NCBI RefSeq assembly: GCF_001447785.1
Contig: NW_015169220.1
Location: forward strand, 124,001 to 188,000
Source of the DNA: Gekko japonicus
Lineage: Eukaryota
Direction: 5' to 3'
Length of the DNA stretch: 64,000 nt
The first letter of the stretch is position 1; every line of letters starts with the position of its first letter. This document shows, piece by piece, positions 1-11,789 of the stretch. The notes beneath the pieces are model-generated. The model did no database searches, was not told the origin of the DNA, and was given only the letters and a program-made list of their open reading frames with translations. Made by a program: the position numbers and the translations under genes.

Positions 1-99
1 CCTTGTGTGTAGAATAGCCAGGAGATCCTAAGCTTGTCTGGCAGACAGAAGTTCTAGCTCTTTTAGCATTATGCACCATTAGGTAGCGAGCGAGACTTG

Positions 100-265
100 T
101 TTTTAAGGCAAGAGATGTTTCAGAGGTGGTTTGCCATTGCCTGCCTCTGTGTCATGACTTTGGTATTCCTTGGAGGTGGCCCTTCCAAATACCTGCCAAG
201 GCCGATCCTGCTTAGCTTCCGAGATCTGACAAGATCGGGCTAGCCTGGGCTATCCAGGTCAGGGC
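100..265 (-). mobile_element. 5S rRNA-derived SINE
   Basis: Reverse strand GCCCGATCTTGTCAGATCTCGGAAGCTAAGCAGGATCGG resembles internal 5S rRNA, followed by a non-5S tail shared with other copies. Confidence 0.8.
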
Positions 266-2954
266 TCCAGTCTGAACACTCCTCTGGCTTGCACACAAAT
301 AGGTTCGTGCATGTTTACTTGGTATGTGAAAACCTGAGCTCAGGAAGCAAAGAGACAGACCGTGTGTGAGTCTTGGCAGAAAAAAATTTCCTGCCAAGAA
401 AAGAGGGGAAAAATAACTGCTCTTTCGGCACAAAAGCACTCCATGCCTGTTAATTAAGTACAATGTTGGAAACTACTTTAATGGCCACAATTTTTGTGCT
501 TGTTCAGCCTTAAAGAGATCTGGAACAGATGTTACAAGTGAGAAGAAACAGACTTTTAGAAATCTATGTGTCAAAGTTCAATTTTTAAAGCAGCAACCAT
601 TAACACTGAACAGACCAAATGATTTAGCCAAACGGCCAGCAAACAAGTAGCCACAGTACCAAGATACCAGTATGTACCGTGCTTCTTACGTTAAAATAAT
701 ATGACAAGCTCTATGTACGTGTACACCGGGGTGGCCAGAAATCTAGACAATAAGTCTAATATTTAGACTCCATTAACAGATATGAATCTATCTGGATCTT
801 TCAGCAGTGAAAGCAGACAAAATGTGAACTAGTATAACCAAAAAGCACTGCTATGCAAGTATGCAGTATCAAATGCCATGTTATTGTAAGAAATTTGCTT
901 TTATTGTTTGCAAGCTACAGCAAGAATAATACAAAAATACAACAAAACAAACCTTGAAGTTCTTTTAGTGCAAAAATCCCCACCTCCCTCCACCAGGAAT
1001 AATATGTTATGTATACCTTTTTAGTCTATTTGAACTAAGCTGCTTTGGGAGCCAAAACTGGCTAAAAAGCTGGTTTTCACTATATTGTACTGCTCTGGAC
1101 ATAATTTGCACTATTTTTAATTAATAAGATTACTGCAGAGGTCCAATATTCACGTCATGTCTGCAGGGAAATTTCTGAAACAGAACATAACTTAAACCTC
1201 CCCCACCCCAAGTGTGGAGTATCTAAAGGTCCATTAATGGAAATCTAGATTTATTACAGGACACCAAATGCACCAGTCTTTAGCTCATAGCCTTGGTTGT
1301 TCTCTATTACAGCACTACTATTAAGAAGGACTGATCACAAATCTACATAAGTAGGAAAAAAGGACAGCAATACAAGAGATACACAAGACCACAGCGACAA
1401 ATAGATATGGGTTAGTACGTGCTTCAAATACTGTGAATACTGGAGTAAACCTGCATTTATACTGAAAATCAGAGTACTGATAAGAACTAAAACATTTTAC
1501 TATAAATTCTGCACATCTTGGAAGAGGTGCTGTAAAAAAACCCTGGTAACAGCTGAGCTCCAAAATATTAACATTCTGAATGTCCATTAGAAATATTAAT
1601 GTGTAAGTTTACCAAAGCAAATTTAAGCAGCAATGCTAGTCTGTACAATATGCCTTTTAATATTTACAACTGGAATAATGAACTATCAACTGGGGGGTTA
1701 TCAGAAAACGGACTATTTGTCTGCAAAGAAATCTTATACTTTTGCCAAGAAAGTTGGGGATCCTATTTTTCTGCAAACCATTTATACTGCTGGGATGCAT
1801 AGAAGACACCCTAGGTAACTGCAATCCTTCTCCAGATGATGTTATTAAAAGACAGTTTCTCCTCTCAAAGAAGACCGTAACAACATAAGATAAGTCTTTA
1901 GGTATTTCATTTTATATCTTCATTAAAATGTTTGTTACACTATGTAATTTTGGTACATTTAATTTTGGTACACTGCTTTAAAATGTTAATGAAGTCTCCT
2001 GCAAAAATGAAGAGGGACACAATTTTTCTCCATGTGCTCCGAAAATAGTTGCACAGCAATATATATGTCTCTCTACCTTCCTTACATCACAATGTAGAGC
2101 AACAGCACCTCTCCCTGTTTTCAGGGAGAACCGCTATTCAGAGGGATGCCAAGCTGTGGCCTTGTATTTCAGAACACATCTAAGGCAAAATTGGTTGTAT
2201 GCAGTAAAATATTTTCTTCTTGAGACTGATTAAACAAATACATAAGGGTATTGGAAGGATCCTGAAGATTATGTCCTACGGTAGTTTTATGTTTGACTGC
2301 TATAAACTTCCTGCAATTCAAATATTTTTACAAAAGCATCACAAAAACAGAGCCCTGTAACTGTCTCTTCTCTGGGGCAGTTCTATATCCAAAACTCCGA
2401 TCTTGCAGAACTGAGAAGTTTCACACACATCATATAGTGGTACTGCTGTCAGTTAGGATACAGAGTACACTACAAAGGAAAGCAAGTATCCCTTTCTCTG
2501 CACACCAGAAGGGTTTTTTCCCCCTCCAGTTTAATTACTCACTAGAACCAAACTGTCATCTCAGCAATCACTATCAACACTAGAAAAGTTTAACAGAGTC
2601 AGAAAACATGTCCAGTGAAAAACTAAATCTAGATTCAATATAGAATAACCAACATGTTAACAGTCAGAGTGTGTCACCTAACTCTACTTTTATGAATAGT
2701 AACACTGGACTTATTGCACATTTCAAGTGTTTATGAATATTCTATTCTCTCAGTAATTCCTACTGTGATTTTGCAAAGCAGAGGCAAGAGGAATGGCAGG
2801 GTATAAATATTTCAATTAATGCTGATTGAAATTAACATCCCCATATTGCTGTTTGTGGCTGAGAGAATAGTTGGTTGTCTAAGATTCATGGGCAGATTCA
2901 TGGGCAGGGTGGGATATAAAATTCTTTCAATAACCACAGATTGGGCCCATTCAC

Positions 2955-3301
2955 AGAAAAATAAGATTTTTAACCAACTTGGGGAATCCCCCCAGGTTTG
3001 CAGAAAAAATTAAGAACTTCAAACAAAAAGAAACAGAAATGAACAACAGAGTGTGTGTGAGAGAGAGATACAGGGGCTTTGGGGTCCAAGAGTGAGTGAA
3101 TGTGTGTTTCAGGAGGCATAGGGGAAGCAGAAAGAAAGAGAAAGAGTAACAGCAGGAGTTAGGGGACAGATAACTAGAGAAAGACAGGCATTGGGGGAAG
3201 AAGAACAAGAGAGAGAAAGAAGAGGTGGGGGAGAGGGGAGGGATCAAAAGAGGAGGGAATGCAATGGCTGCTCCTGCAATTTCCTTGTGGGTTCTCACTT
3301 A
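2955..3301 (+). mobile_element. Helitron-like non-autonomous element, 3' part
   Basis: GA-rich tract, hairpin cctgcaa/ttgtggg, 6 nt, CTTA|T; shares a motif with 43985-44220. Confidence 0.45.
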
Positions 3302-3407
3302 TATAATATAATGATAACTGCTTCTGTTTACTTGTTAAAACAGAACAAAATCAGAACAGATTACAAACTGAGAAACAGATCACATATCATCAAGGGAAAT
3401 AACCTAC

Positions 3408-3587
3408 TGGATCAACAGAAGGCAAGAGATCTTTTTTCTCCTGCTGCTCATCTTCCTCTTCATCTGTGCTGTATTCTTCCATGGTTTCTCCACTTGCAAA
3501 GTGAATGACCCGTCTTGGAATTTTCTTCTTTTTTCCTAAGACTCCAAGTTCCACATTCTCAAAACCTCTATCGCCATTTGCATGCAA
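3408..3587 (-). CDS. FAM177A1: FAM177A1 coding exon 2 (180 nt)
   Basis: ttacag acceptor and gtaggt donor, phase 0/0; PRRVIHFASGETMEEYSTDEE motif. Confidence 0.95.
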
Positions 3588-6500
3588 CTGTAATAGAAAA
3601 AGCAACTATCAAATGCAAAAATATGCAGAGAATAAAAAGAAAAGGGAAATACTTTCCAAAGAAATCAGAATCTCTCACACTCATTACAAATTATCTTTCT
3701 TAACTTCTAAAATTGGTATCTCCCACCAAACACATCCTGAAAGTAGAAATTTTTAAAAAGGTAAAGTTTCCATAGAAAGTGGATAATGTGTAATACTGTA
3801 TTTTCAAAACTTTCTTTTTTTAATTAATTTAATTGAAGGGTTGATCTTTTGCTTTCACATTCTGTGTCTAGCATAAAAACTATTTTACAAGACTTGTTTT
3901 AGGTCACTAAATGATTTGTGCCGGTTTTATGTTCTTACTTGGATCTGAACAGTTTTTTTAATTTGAATGATTTTAGGCTGTTGTATTACATTTTAATTTG
4001 TAAGGTGCCCCAAGCTGCAGAAGATATATAAATTTTCTATGTAAATTTACAGAATCATGTTATGAAGAGGCAAAAAGTTACAAATTAAACCCACAACTGA
4101 AATAATTTTCATACAGGTCATACCCAATCCAGGTTCTAAACAAATGCAGAGAAATATCACTATTACCATCGTATCCATATCACAGGCAACATTTTCTCTG
4201 TGCTCATAACAAGGTAGAGGCTATTTAGTAAGCGGCAACTGGCATACGATGAAACCACTAAGAGGCTTACCTGTATCTCCTTTTCACTCAAGGGGGAAAA
4301 TATTCCACTAAAGTAAAATAGTTGATTACAAAAAAAAAAAAAAAATGCCCACAATAATACAGCTCAGGATTACAGAAACATGTAAGCATCCAGTTCCCCG
4401 ATAGACCCGAGTTTTAAAGGACACACAGTTTTGTCAGTGCAGCAGAATACTGTTGTGTTAAAGGCAGGGGTCATTTCCTGCAGGAGCACACAGGAGCGGA
4501 GCTCCGGCAGTAAGGAGCCCAGGGGGCGAGCACATGCAACAAGCCCCTGCTCCCAGCAGCCCTCAGTTGGGCCATGAGGAGCAAAAAGCAGCCAGGTAAA
4601 TTGCAGAGGCCCCCCCGGCCTGCCTTCAGGTACAAGCTCTCCCTCCTCTGTGAGTGCAGATCTGCGCATTCCCCCCCCCCAATAGTTAGCAATCCAAAAC
4701 AGTCCAGTGGAGCCTGAGCAGTGGGTGTTGCCTTCTGACACACTTCTGGTGATGTCAGGGGGTGTGGCATATGCAAATAAGTTATGCTAATGAGTTATTC
4801 TAATGAGCTCCTGCACCTCTTTTTCTACGAAATGACCCCTGGTTAAAGGTATAAGGAGTAATTAATGCTTTACCTAGCACCTCTACTGCATACTAGAACC
4901 AACATTACTTGCCCCTTCTGCAGCACTGCCAGATATAAAGAACTGGCCAGGATGCCGGCATTCCCATAAAGCAGCATTCAGACCCAGGAGAGCTAGCACA
5001 AACCTGCCTCTAGCCTTTGTTGTACAAAGAGGCCACTGTTTATACCAGCTGCACTCGCTCTGCAGCCCACAGTAATTGTATTTGCAATTACCATCAACCT
5101 AAAGAGCCAAATTAATTTCCATCCCTGCCATGAGGCTGGCTTCTCAGAGACATTAGCAGCTTACCAGCTCTTGTGGTGATGGCTGTTTCAAGGTGGAAAC
5201 CACCTGACAACCACAAGCCCCATCAGGCAAGGACCTTGCCCACTTTCCTGAAACATGGAGTAAGTAACATATTCGGGAACAGTGCTCAGAAGAGCCACAG
5301 GTAGCTCTGAGCCACTGAGTGTCATTACCTGTCATGGCTGAACAGGATTGGGATGCCTAATGTAACCTTCCCTGACTATTCAAGTTCTGCATCTGAAAGT
5401 CAGTTGTGCTATACATTAAATTTTAAATTAATCACTTGAAAGACTGTCTCTTAAATTTCTTGTAATTATTTAACATTAAATTTAACGTTGTTACGTTGGG
5501 GCAATTACTGTGGCCAGAAGAAACAGAAAACTGGAAAAGGTCAAGTAACAACAAACACGTGAATAGTTGCAAAGGCAGTGAAGCAAAACACAATAATGGA
5601 ATTGTAGCACAATGGAACAGCTCCTGTTTATTACACAAGAGGTCCCAGATTCAAAACAGACAGACAAAGATATTATGATAAAACTGAAGAGAACATGGAG
5701 TAATGGCTCCAATTTAGCTGGGTTTGGGAGGGTCTGAGGCTCAGTGGAAGAGGACATGACATATATCAGTCCCTGATATTGCCAGTCAAAGAGATCTAGG
5801 TAGAGGAGGTATCTCTCAGTGCTTGTTATACGACACCTTGGAGAGCCAATGCCAGCTGAAGTAGTCAGTACTGAGCTAGGTGATCCAGTGATCTGATTCA
5901 GTGTTATGCAGTTTCAAATATATAATATATGCTCAACCACAGGTTGTTTCGTAGAAAAGAGGTGCCGGGGCTCATTAGCATAACTCATTAGCATAACCTA
6001 TTTGCATATGCTACACCCCCTGACATCACCAGAAGTGTGTCAGAAGGCAACACCAACCGCTCAGGCTCCACTGGACTGTTTTGGATTGCTAGCTATTGGG
6101 GGGGGGGGAGAACGTGCAGATCTGCCATCACAGAGGAGAGAGAGCTTGTACCTGAAGACGGGACGGGGGGGGGCTCTGCAACTTACCTGGCTGCTTCCTG
6201 CTCCTCGTGGCCCGTCTGAGGGCTGTTGGGAGCAGGGGGCGGGGCTTGTTACATGTGCCCACCCCTTGGGCTCCTTACTGCAAGAGCTCAGCTCCTGTGC
6301 GCTCCCGCAGGAAATGACCCCTGTGCTCAACAGAAATGGAATTATGTTGGGTACGCTTTCTTCATGGTGGGGCTTAGTTTTTAAGGAGTCCTGTGTGGAC
6401 CATATTGAATATCTATGAATATATTAGCCACTGACTACTTCAGAGAAGACCTTGACTGTACAGGAAGAGAGTTTGGCTGTATTCTAATGTATTTAAGTTG

Positions 6501-9500
6501 TTTAAGGAGTCCTATGTGGACCACAACAGCAGCCATTATGAAATTTATATCACTAGCACTTTACCATACTATGTGGTCTAAATGGTTTAGAATTGTTTTA
6601 ATTTAATTTATATTTTATGTTTTATTGTAAACTATGTGTTGATCTTATGTAAGCCGCCCTGAACAGTCTTGGCTGGGAGGGTGTGGTAGAAATTTACATG
6701 AATAAATAAATAATTTAAAAACAAAAAACTGCCTAAAAATCATACTGTGGACCTGGAAGCCCTTTCTCCTAATCCCAGTATTTGTGAGGCTGGTCAGTAA
6801 CAATTTATTTTATTTATTTATTCATTAGATTTATACCCCGCCCTCCCCAAAGGCTCAGGGCAGCTAACAAGATGGCATGAATGCCAACATTAAAACAGAT
6901 AAAAACAGGATAAAACAATATAATACAATCAAATAAAATATTGGTGCTCTAGATATCACAATGGAAAGACATCCTTACTACACACAATAGGGTCCAGTTC
7001 TTCCTCCCCAATATGTTTTAAATAGCAAACATCCTAGGAGGGAGGAAATATTATTGATTCAAAATCAACCCTAGGCCTTGATTTAAGTGAAAGCCTTGGG
7101 GAATCAGGATGAAAAACAGATACATTTTGAAACCGTGGACAGTATATATAAAATTATTTATCTGGATGGGGAAAAACAACAAACGTGCAATGGCATATTC
7201 TCTCTTTAAAAAAGAAAACTGTTGATGGTATACTAAAGCTTAAAAAGGGAATAGGAGAAGTCAACAAGAAGGAAATATTAAAATATTGTAAGCTCAGAGG
7301 TTAAGACGCTGAAGCTGCAGACTACCTGCACTCACTCTGTCTGTAGCTCGGCAGTTCGAGGCCCTAGTGCCATGTGACGGAGTGAGCTCCCATCTCTGGC
7401 CCCAGCTCCTGCCAACCTAGCAGTTCAAAAGCAAGAAATTGCAAGTAGATAAATAGGTACTGCTTCAGTGGGAAGGTGCACCTTGGTGTTTAGTCATGCC
7501 AGCCACATGACCACAGAAACGTCTTCAGACAGCGCGGGCTCTTCGGCTTGGAAACGGAGATGAGCACCACCCCCTAGAATTGGATTTGACTAGCTTTGTG
7601 AAGGAAACCTTTACTTGCCAGACAGTATGAAGCATAAATTCAAGTAAGCAAATAAGTTAAAATTAAGGCAATACAGAAATTTGCTATGGTTTACTGGAAG
7701 TTATAGGCCACAAATTTATCCTAACTCTTACTTATCCCTTATTCTAAAGTTTACATTTATAGTACAGAGAATACTCCTGAAATTGTAACAAAGTTAAATA
7801 AAGAGGAGTTGTAGTTAGTTCTTATTTTGTTTGTGGCTTTGGAGTTATATTCTTAGGAGGCCCTGAAGTATAAATCTATATAAGCCAAGTCAACAGTGAA
7901 ATCATTTGAATTTACTATAAAATATATTTAATTTACTAGCTTTCTAGAAAAGTTTACATGAGTTTTTAATACTAGCAAACCTGCTCCATTAACATTCTCC
8001 CCCAATCCACTGTTTTATACCAGAGTGGGTGGGTTTTTCAAGGATAGAGACCTTTATGTTTTAATCATTTGTTATAACAACTCTGAATGAACATTACCCA
8101 GAAAATCTACAGTTCTTTTGGAACCAGAAGTCAGAAGAATACAAAACAATTTTCCTCTACAAATATCTTACAACAGTAGCCTCTCAAGCATTACACAGCA
8201 TGGTAACAGACAAATTTCAAAAAAATTACAAATGTGGGACCCCTGTGTCTGCTCCTAGTGCAAGGGAGTGCAAGTTAAACTGCATAATACCAATTTAACT
8301 TTCTTTTCCCATTTCTGTACTTACAATTTCATGTTTCTCCCTCTTCACAATTGTAACGTAAACATTTATATTATTACACATTTGCCAAAGTTCCTGGGGG
8401 CAAGAACATTTAAAGCTCTCTGGTCAATATAACAACCTATGACGGGTCAGCTGACATAAACTACTGTCGGCTTTAGAAGCCTTTTTAAAAGACTTACATG
8501 TCGTAGGACAGCTGTATATCAATACCCCTCCCCTGCCAAGTGTTCACAATTAGTTGAAAGTAAAACCTGCCTTCATCATTTAATATTGAACAGACTGATT
8601 GTTACAGGTATTTGCTTACAAGATGAGCCGAAAGAAATCAAGACAGATCACATACATACATGTGATGTGGAAACATGATATCAAAGGAAGCCCATATGCA
8701 TAATGATAAGACTAAATAAATGGCATCTGTAAATTGATTCATATTTACATGAAAAACTGGGCCACTGATGTGCTTACTTGCACAAAACGCTGATGTAAAA
8801 CTTTAAATTATCAATACTGACATTTCTGAGTGATAGGGTATTGTGAAATAGGCCTCCACCCCAGAATTTGTGAAAAGAATGAATAGCATACAAGGCAAAC
8901 ATTCACAACTTCCTACTGGATTAACATTTCCTTATCCAATGGCCTAGCTATTCTGTTGGGCAAGAAGCACAAATCTATTCATGAGAACTATCCCACAAAA
9001 TGAAGAAGTTTCACTGGTTAAAGAATAAAATAATTACACTACTGGTAACTGCAATTTGAGCTTACACTGTTCCATTGTTCAAACTCAGATCAACCATGCC
9101 ATAACTTCCATGGGGCACCTTCTTCCTTTGAAGAGAGGTGCCCAGTCCAACAGGTGAGGGGTCAAAAGAATTACCAGCAGTGTTGCCATAAAACTCTGTC
9201 CAAACTGTAAAGAGGTTGAATCACTTCGAAGCGCACACACAGCTAAAGTTAATTATTCTACAGTAGTAGGGATCTCTTCCCTGACTCAACAGCCATTGGG
9301 AATTATGGGCTAGTAAGAAATGCAAAGAAACAGTAGGAGAATGGGGTTTCCCCCTTATGTTGTGAACCTGCTTTTAGAACCCCAACTCTACACAAGAAGG
9401 AAAGCCAGACAACACACACACTTCATATGGACATGTAGGTGGGTGGGTAGGTGGGTGTCGGGGAGAATAACAGGTTTTAAGGAATACTGTAAACAACAGA

Positions 9501-10018
9501 TAGTTTCAAATGGTAGCCGTGTTGGTCTGCAACAGCTAGATTCGCGACCGGTAGCACCTTCGACACCAAGATTTTCGGGGTATGAGCTTCTAAGGGTCAA
9601 AACGTATCGAATCTAGCTGTTTAAACAACAGCATATAGGCAAGATCGCTTACAGTGCAATCGTCATTAGCGCCACACCTTTGTAAGGGCCATGGAAACCA
9701 AAGGGTCTCTCTCTACTCAGGATCGCGCTGTTAGAGGAACAGGCAGAGAACCTCAGAGGAGTACAAACGCAGCAGCAGAGACCACAAACGGCAATAAAGT
9801 GGCAAAGACAAAACACGCACAGCGGAACGCCCCCCCACCCCCCCTTTCACCAGGCAAGGGACGGCCGGGGTCCCTCCCTAGACAGGGCCGGCCGGCTGGG
9901 GCAGAGACGGCACAGCCGAAAGACTCGCTTGGATGCAGCAGGAGGAGACCAGCCAAGCTCACCTCCTGAGAGGCTCAGGCAAGAACCGGCGCGAGGGACT
10001 CACCTGCTCCTGGTCCAT
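3408..10018 (-). CDS. FAM177A1: FAM177A1, 5' part (coding exons 10004-10018 and 3408-3587); remaining exons lie left of the window
   Basis: Spliced translation MDQEQ|LHANGDRGFENVELGVLGKKKKIPRRVIHFASGETMEEYSTDEEEDEQQEKKDLLPSVDP matches the FAM177 family; lies downstream of SRP54 in the same orientation, as in human. Confidence 0.93.
4465..4841. mobile_element. hAT-type MITE
   Basis: TIR CAGGGGTCATTTC...GAAATGACCCCTG; perfect 8-bp TSD GTTAAAGG. Confidence 0.92.
5938..6323. mobile_element. hAT-type MITE, same family as 4465-4841, inverted
   Basis: Reverse-complement similarity over its full length; perfect 8-bp TSD TGCTCAAC. Confidence 0.92.
6560..6950. repeat. Two L2-type 3' tails in opposite orientations
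   Basis: gtaagccgccctga...aataaataaa at ~6648-6713 (+) and an inverse copy at ~6803-6870. Confidence 0.65.
7293..7615 (+). mobile_element. Sauria SINE (Squam1), diverged
   Basis: Same body as 41402-41750 and 61274-61620; ends in ACCTTTAC. Confidence 0.85.
9500..9622. mobile_element. Penelope-derived short inverted-repeat element
   Basis: gtagccgtgttggtctgc...gtagcacc...ggtatgagct; 14-bp IR aacagctagattcg/cgaatctagctgtt. Confidence 0.6.
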
Positions 10019-10720
10019 GGCGCAGGTGGCGGCGGTGGCAGCTGGTGCGCAGTACAGGGTAATAGCGGACAGCCCCTGCTCCATACTCCCCGCTACTCAA
10101 CCGGAGGGGAAACTAGCAGCGCCTGCCTGCGACGGACATAGCAGGCCCGCACCCTCCTCGCAGGCGGAGGGCCTGGGAAGTGAGCTCATACAGAAAGGCC
10201 GCCCCGCCACTCACGCCCCGCCTCAGTGTTGCTCGGATACCAGGCAGGACCTGTGCACTGCGGCCCCCTAGAGGCAGAGAAGGGAACGACGGAGGCCCGT
10301 CACAGCAGCAACGCCCGGCGGCTTCCCTGGCGCCTTGCAGACGAGCCTCGCCGGCTCCGGGCAGGTGGCTCTGGTGCTGCCTAGCTTCTTGCTGGGCTTG
10401 GGTTCAAGGAGGAGGTGCCCGTTCTCGGGTGTCAGTTTATACGAGGGTTTGTGGGCAGGACTCAGCCTGCTAGACTATAGACTTTAAATGGATTCAATAT
10501 TTGTTGCTTCGTCTCAGAGGACCCCAAGTATTGGTCATTCTGAGAACGGGGATTAGGGGTCGAGTAAACTACGATTCCCAGGGTTCATTGGGACAAAGTG
10601 TATTGTCCATCCTAGCGGAATCCTTCCCCAGCGGGGGAAACCTTGTGCGATATGAGGGGTTTTGGAGGAAGTCTCAAGAACTGACTCGTCTTCGGCGGGG
10701 GGGGGGGCCCCGCTGGCGAG
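9800..10720 (-). promoter_or_regulatory. CpG island / promoter of FAM177A1
   Basis: GC- and CpG-rich; GC boxes at ~10200-10222; ZNF143/THAP11-type ACTACGATTCCCA at 10568-10580. Confidence 0.75.
10004..10018 (-). CDS. FAM177A1: FAM177A1 coding exon 1 (MDQEQ)
   Basis: gcgccATGG Kozak context in a CpG island, CAG|gtgagt donor, in phase with exon 2. Confidence 0.85.
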
Positions 10721-11764
10721 GAATTAAATGGTTACACCCTTTGATCTTAGTTGTATGTTACACCTGTGCGCCAGCTACATTGCTTGATACACTTCACAGC
10801 TGCGTTGATCCCTGTAAGTCCCTTGCCTTGAAAACCCTATGGGGTTGCTCTAAGTAGACATGAAATCCTGTGCATGTCTACTCAAAAGTAAGTGCCACAA
10901 CGTTCCGTGGTGCTTATTTCCAGGTAATTATGAATAGGTTTTAAACTTGAAACTAGTTAACAGACCTTTTACAAAAATACTGCACCTTCGCAATAGTCTG
11001 CTTCATTAAATGCATGTGTGGCCTCAGCTCTTCATAAGTGATGTGATTTTTCTTGCAGTCTTTGATCACTCATTATGCAGGTAATCCAACCTGTTTCTTC
11101 AGATGAACACTTTTATTGTGGGAAAATGGCAATGTCTTATTAATAACACTACTGTCCAGTTACACTAGGAAAGTGTAAAACGTAGTTTTAGGACTTCAGT
11201 GTCACAAGTTAGCAAACATACTTTTAACTTTCCCTGGTAATGTAAGACAGAAACGAACTCAAGGGAAGGAGGACAATAATTGAACTGGGCACAATAGAAA
11301 AGACCCTCTAGCTGTCAATTGCAAACATCTTCCTTCCCTTTGAGCTCAGGAAGTGTTGTGTAAATCTAAGCTACATATTCCCCCCATTATAAACTATTGG
11401 TTTAAATGTAAAAAGAAATGCATCGAAATCACAGACGCTTTACATAGTATTCCTGATCCTCCACATTTCCTGGTTAAGGGGAAAATGTTGTTCAAACAGA
11501 TTACAAAGATGATCTGACTCCAGTGGTGGTAAGAGAAATTTTACTTACAAAAATAGAAGCACATCTTACATGACATATTCATGTAGGTACATTTAACTTA
11601 ATGTGAACAAATTAACTTCAAAAAGGTTAACTTGCTATAGCTCCAAGCCCAGGTTAGAGAGAAAAGAGAGGTGCTATATAATGATGAAAAAGAAAGGCAA
11701 GCAACAGCCAAAGAGGCTCAGCATCTAATGGATGAGAGGGTGGGGTCAACTGCCAAGTGTAGCT

Positions 11765-11789
11765 GAGAGAGAGAGAGAGAGAGAGAGAG
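11765..11789. repeat. (GA)n microsatellite
   Basis: Direct observation. Confidence 0.95.

Noticed and set aside
100-265. 5S rRNA gene (also 57370, 59734, 60452)
   Set aside because: Only the internal 5S segment is present; the ends are replaced by shared non-5S sequence, so these are SINE copies
1-3407. Further FAM177A1 exons (expected next peptide like TKLTWGPY)
   Set aside because: Not found by eye on the - strand; presumably outside the window
4370-6418. Apparently duplicated small proteins (MH..HPLTSPEVCQKATPTAQAPLDCFG)
   Set aside because: Translations of two copies of the same non-coding MITE
9691-10857. + strand ORFs of 70-118 aa
   Set aside because: Expected in a GC-rich CpG island; no recognisable domains or splice chain
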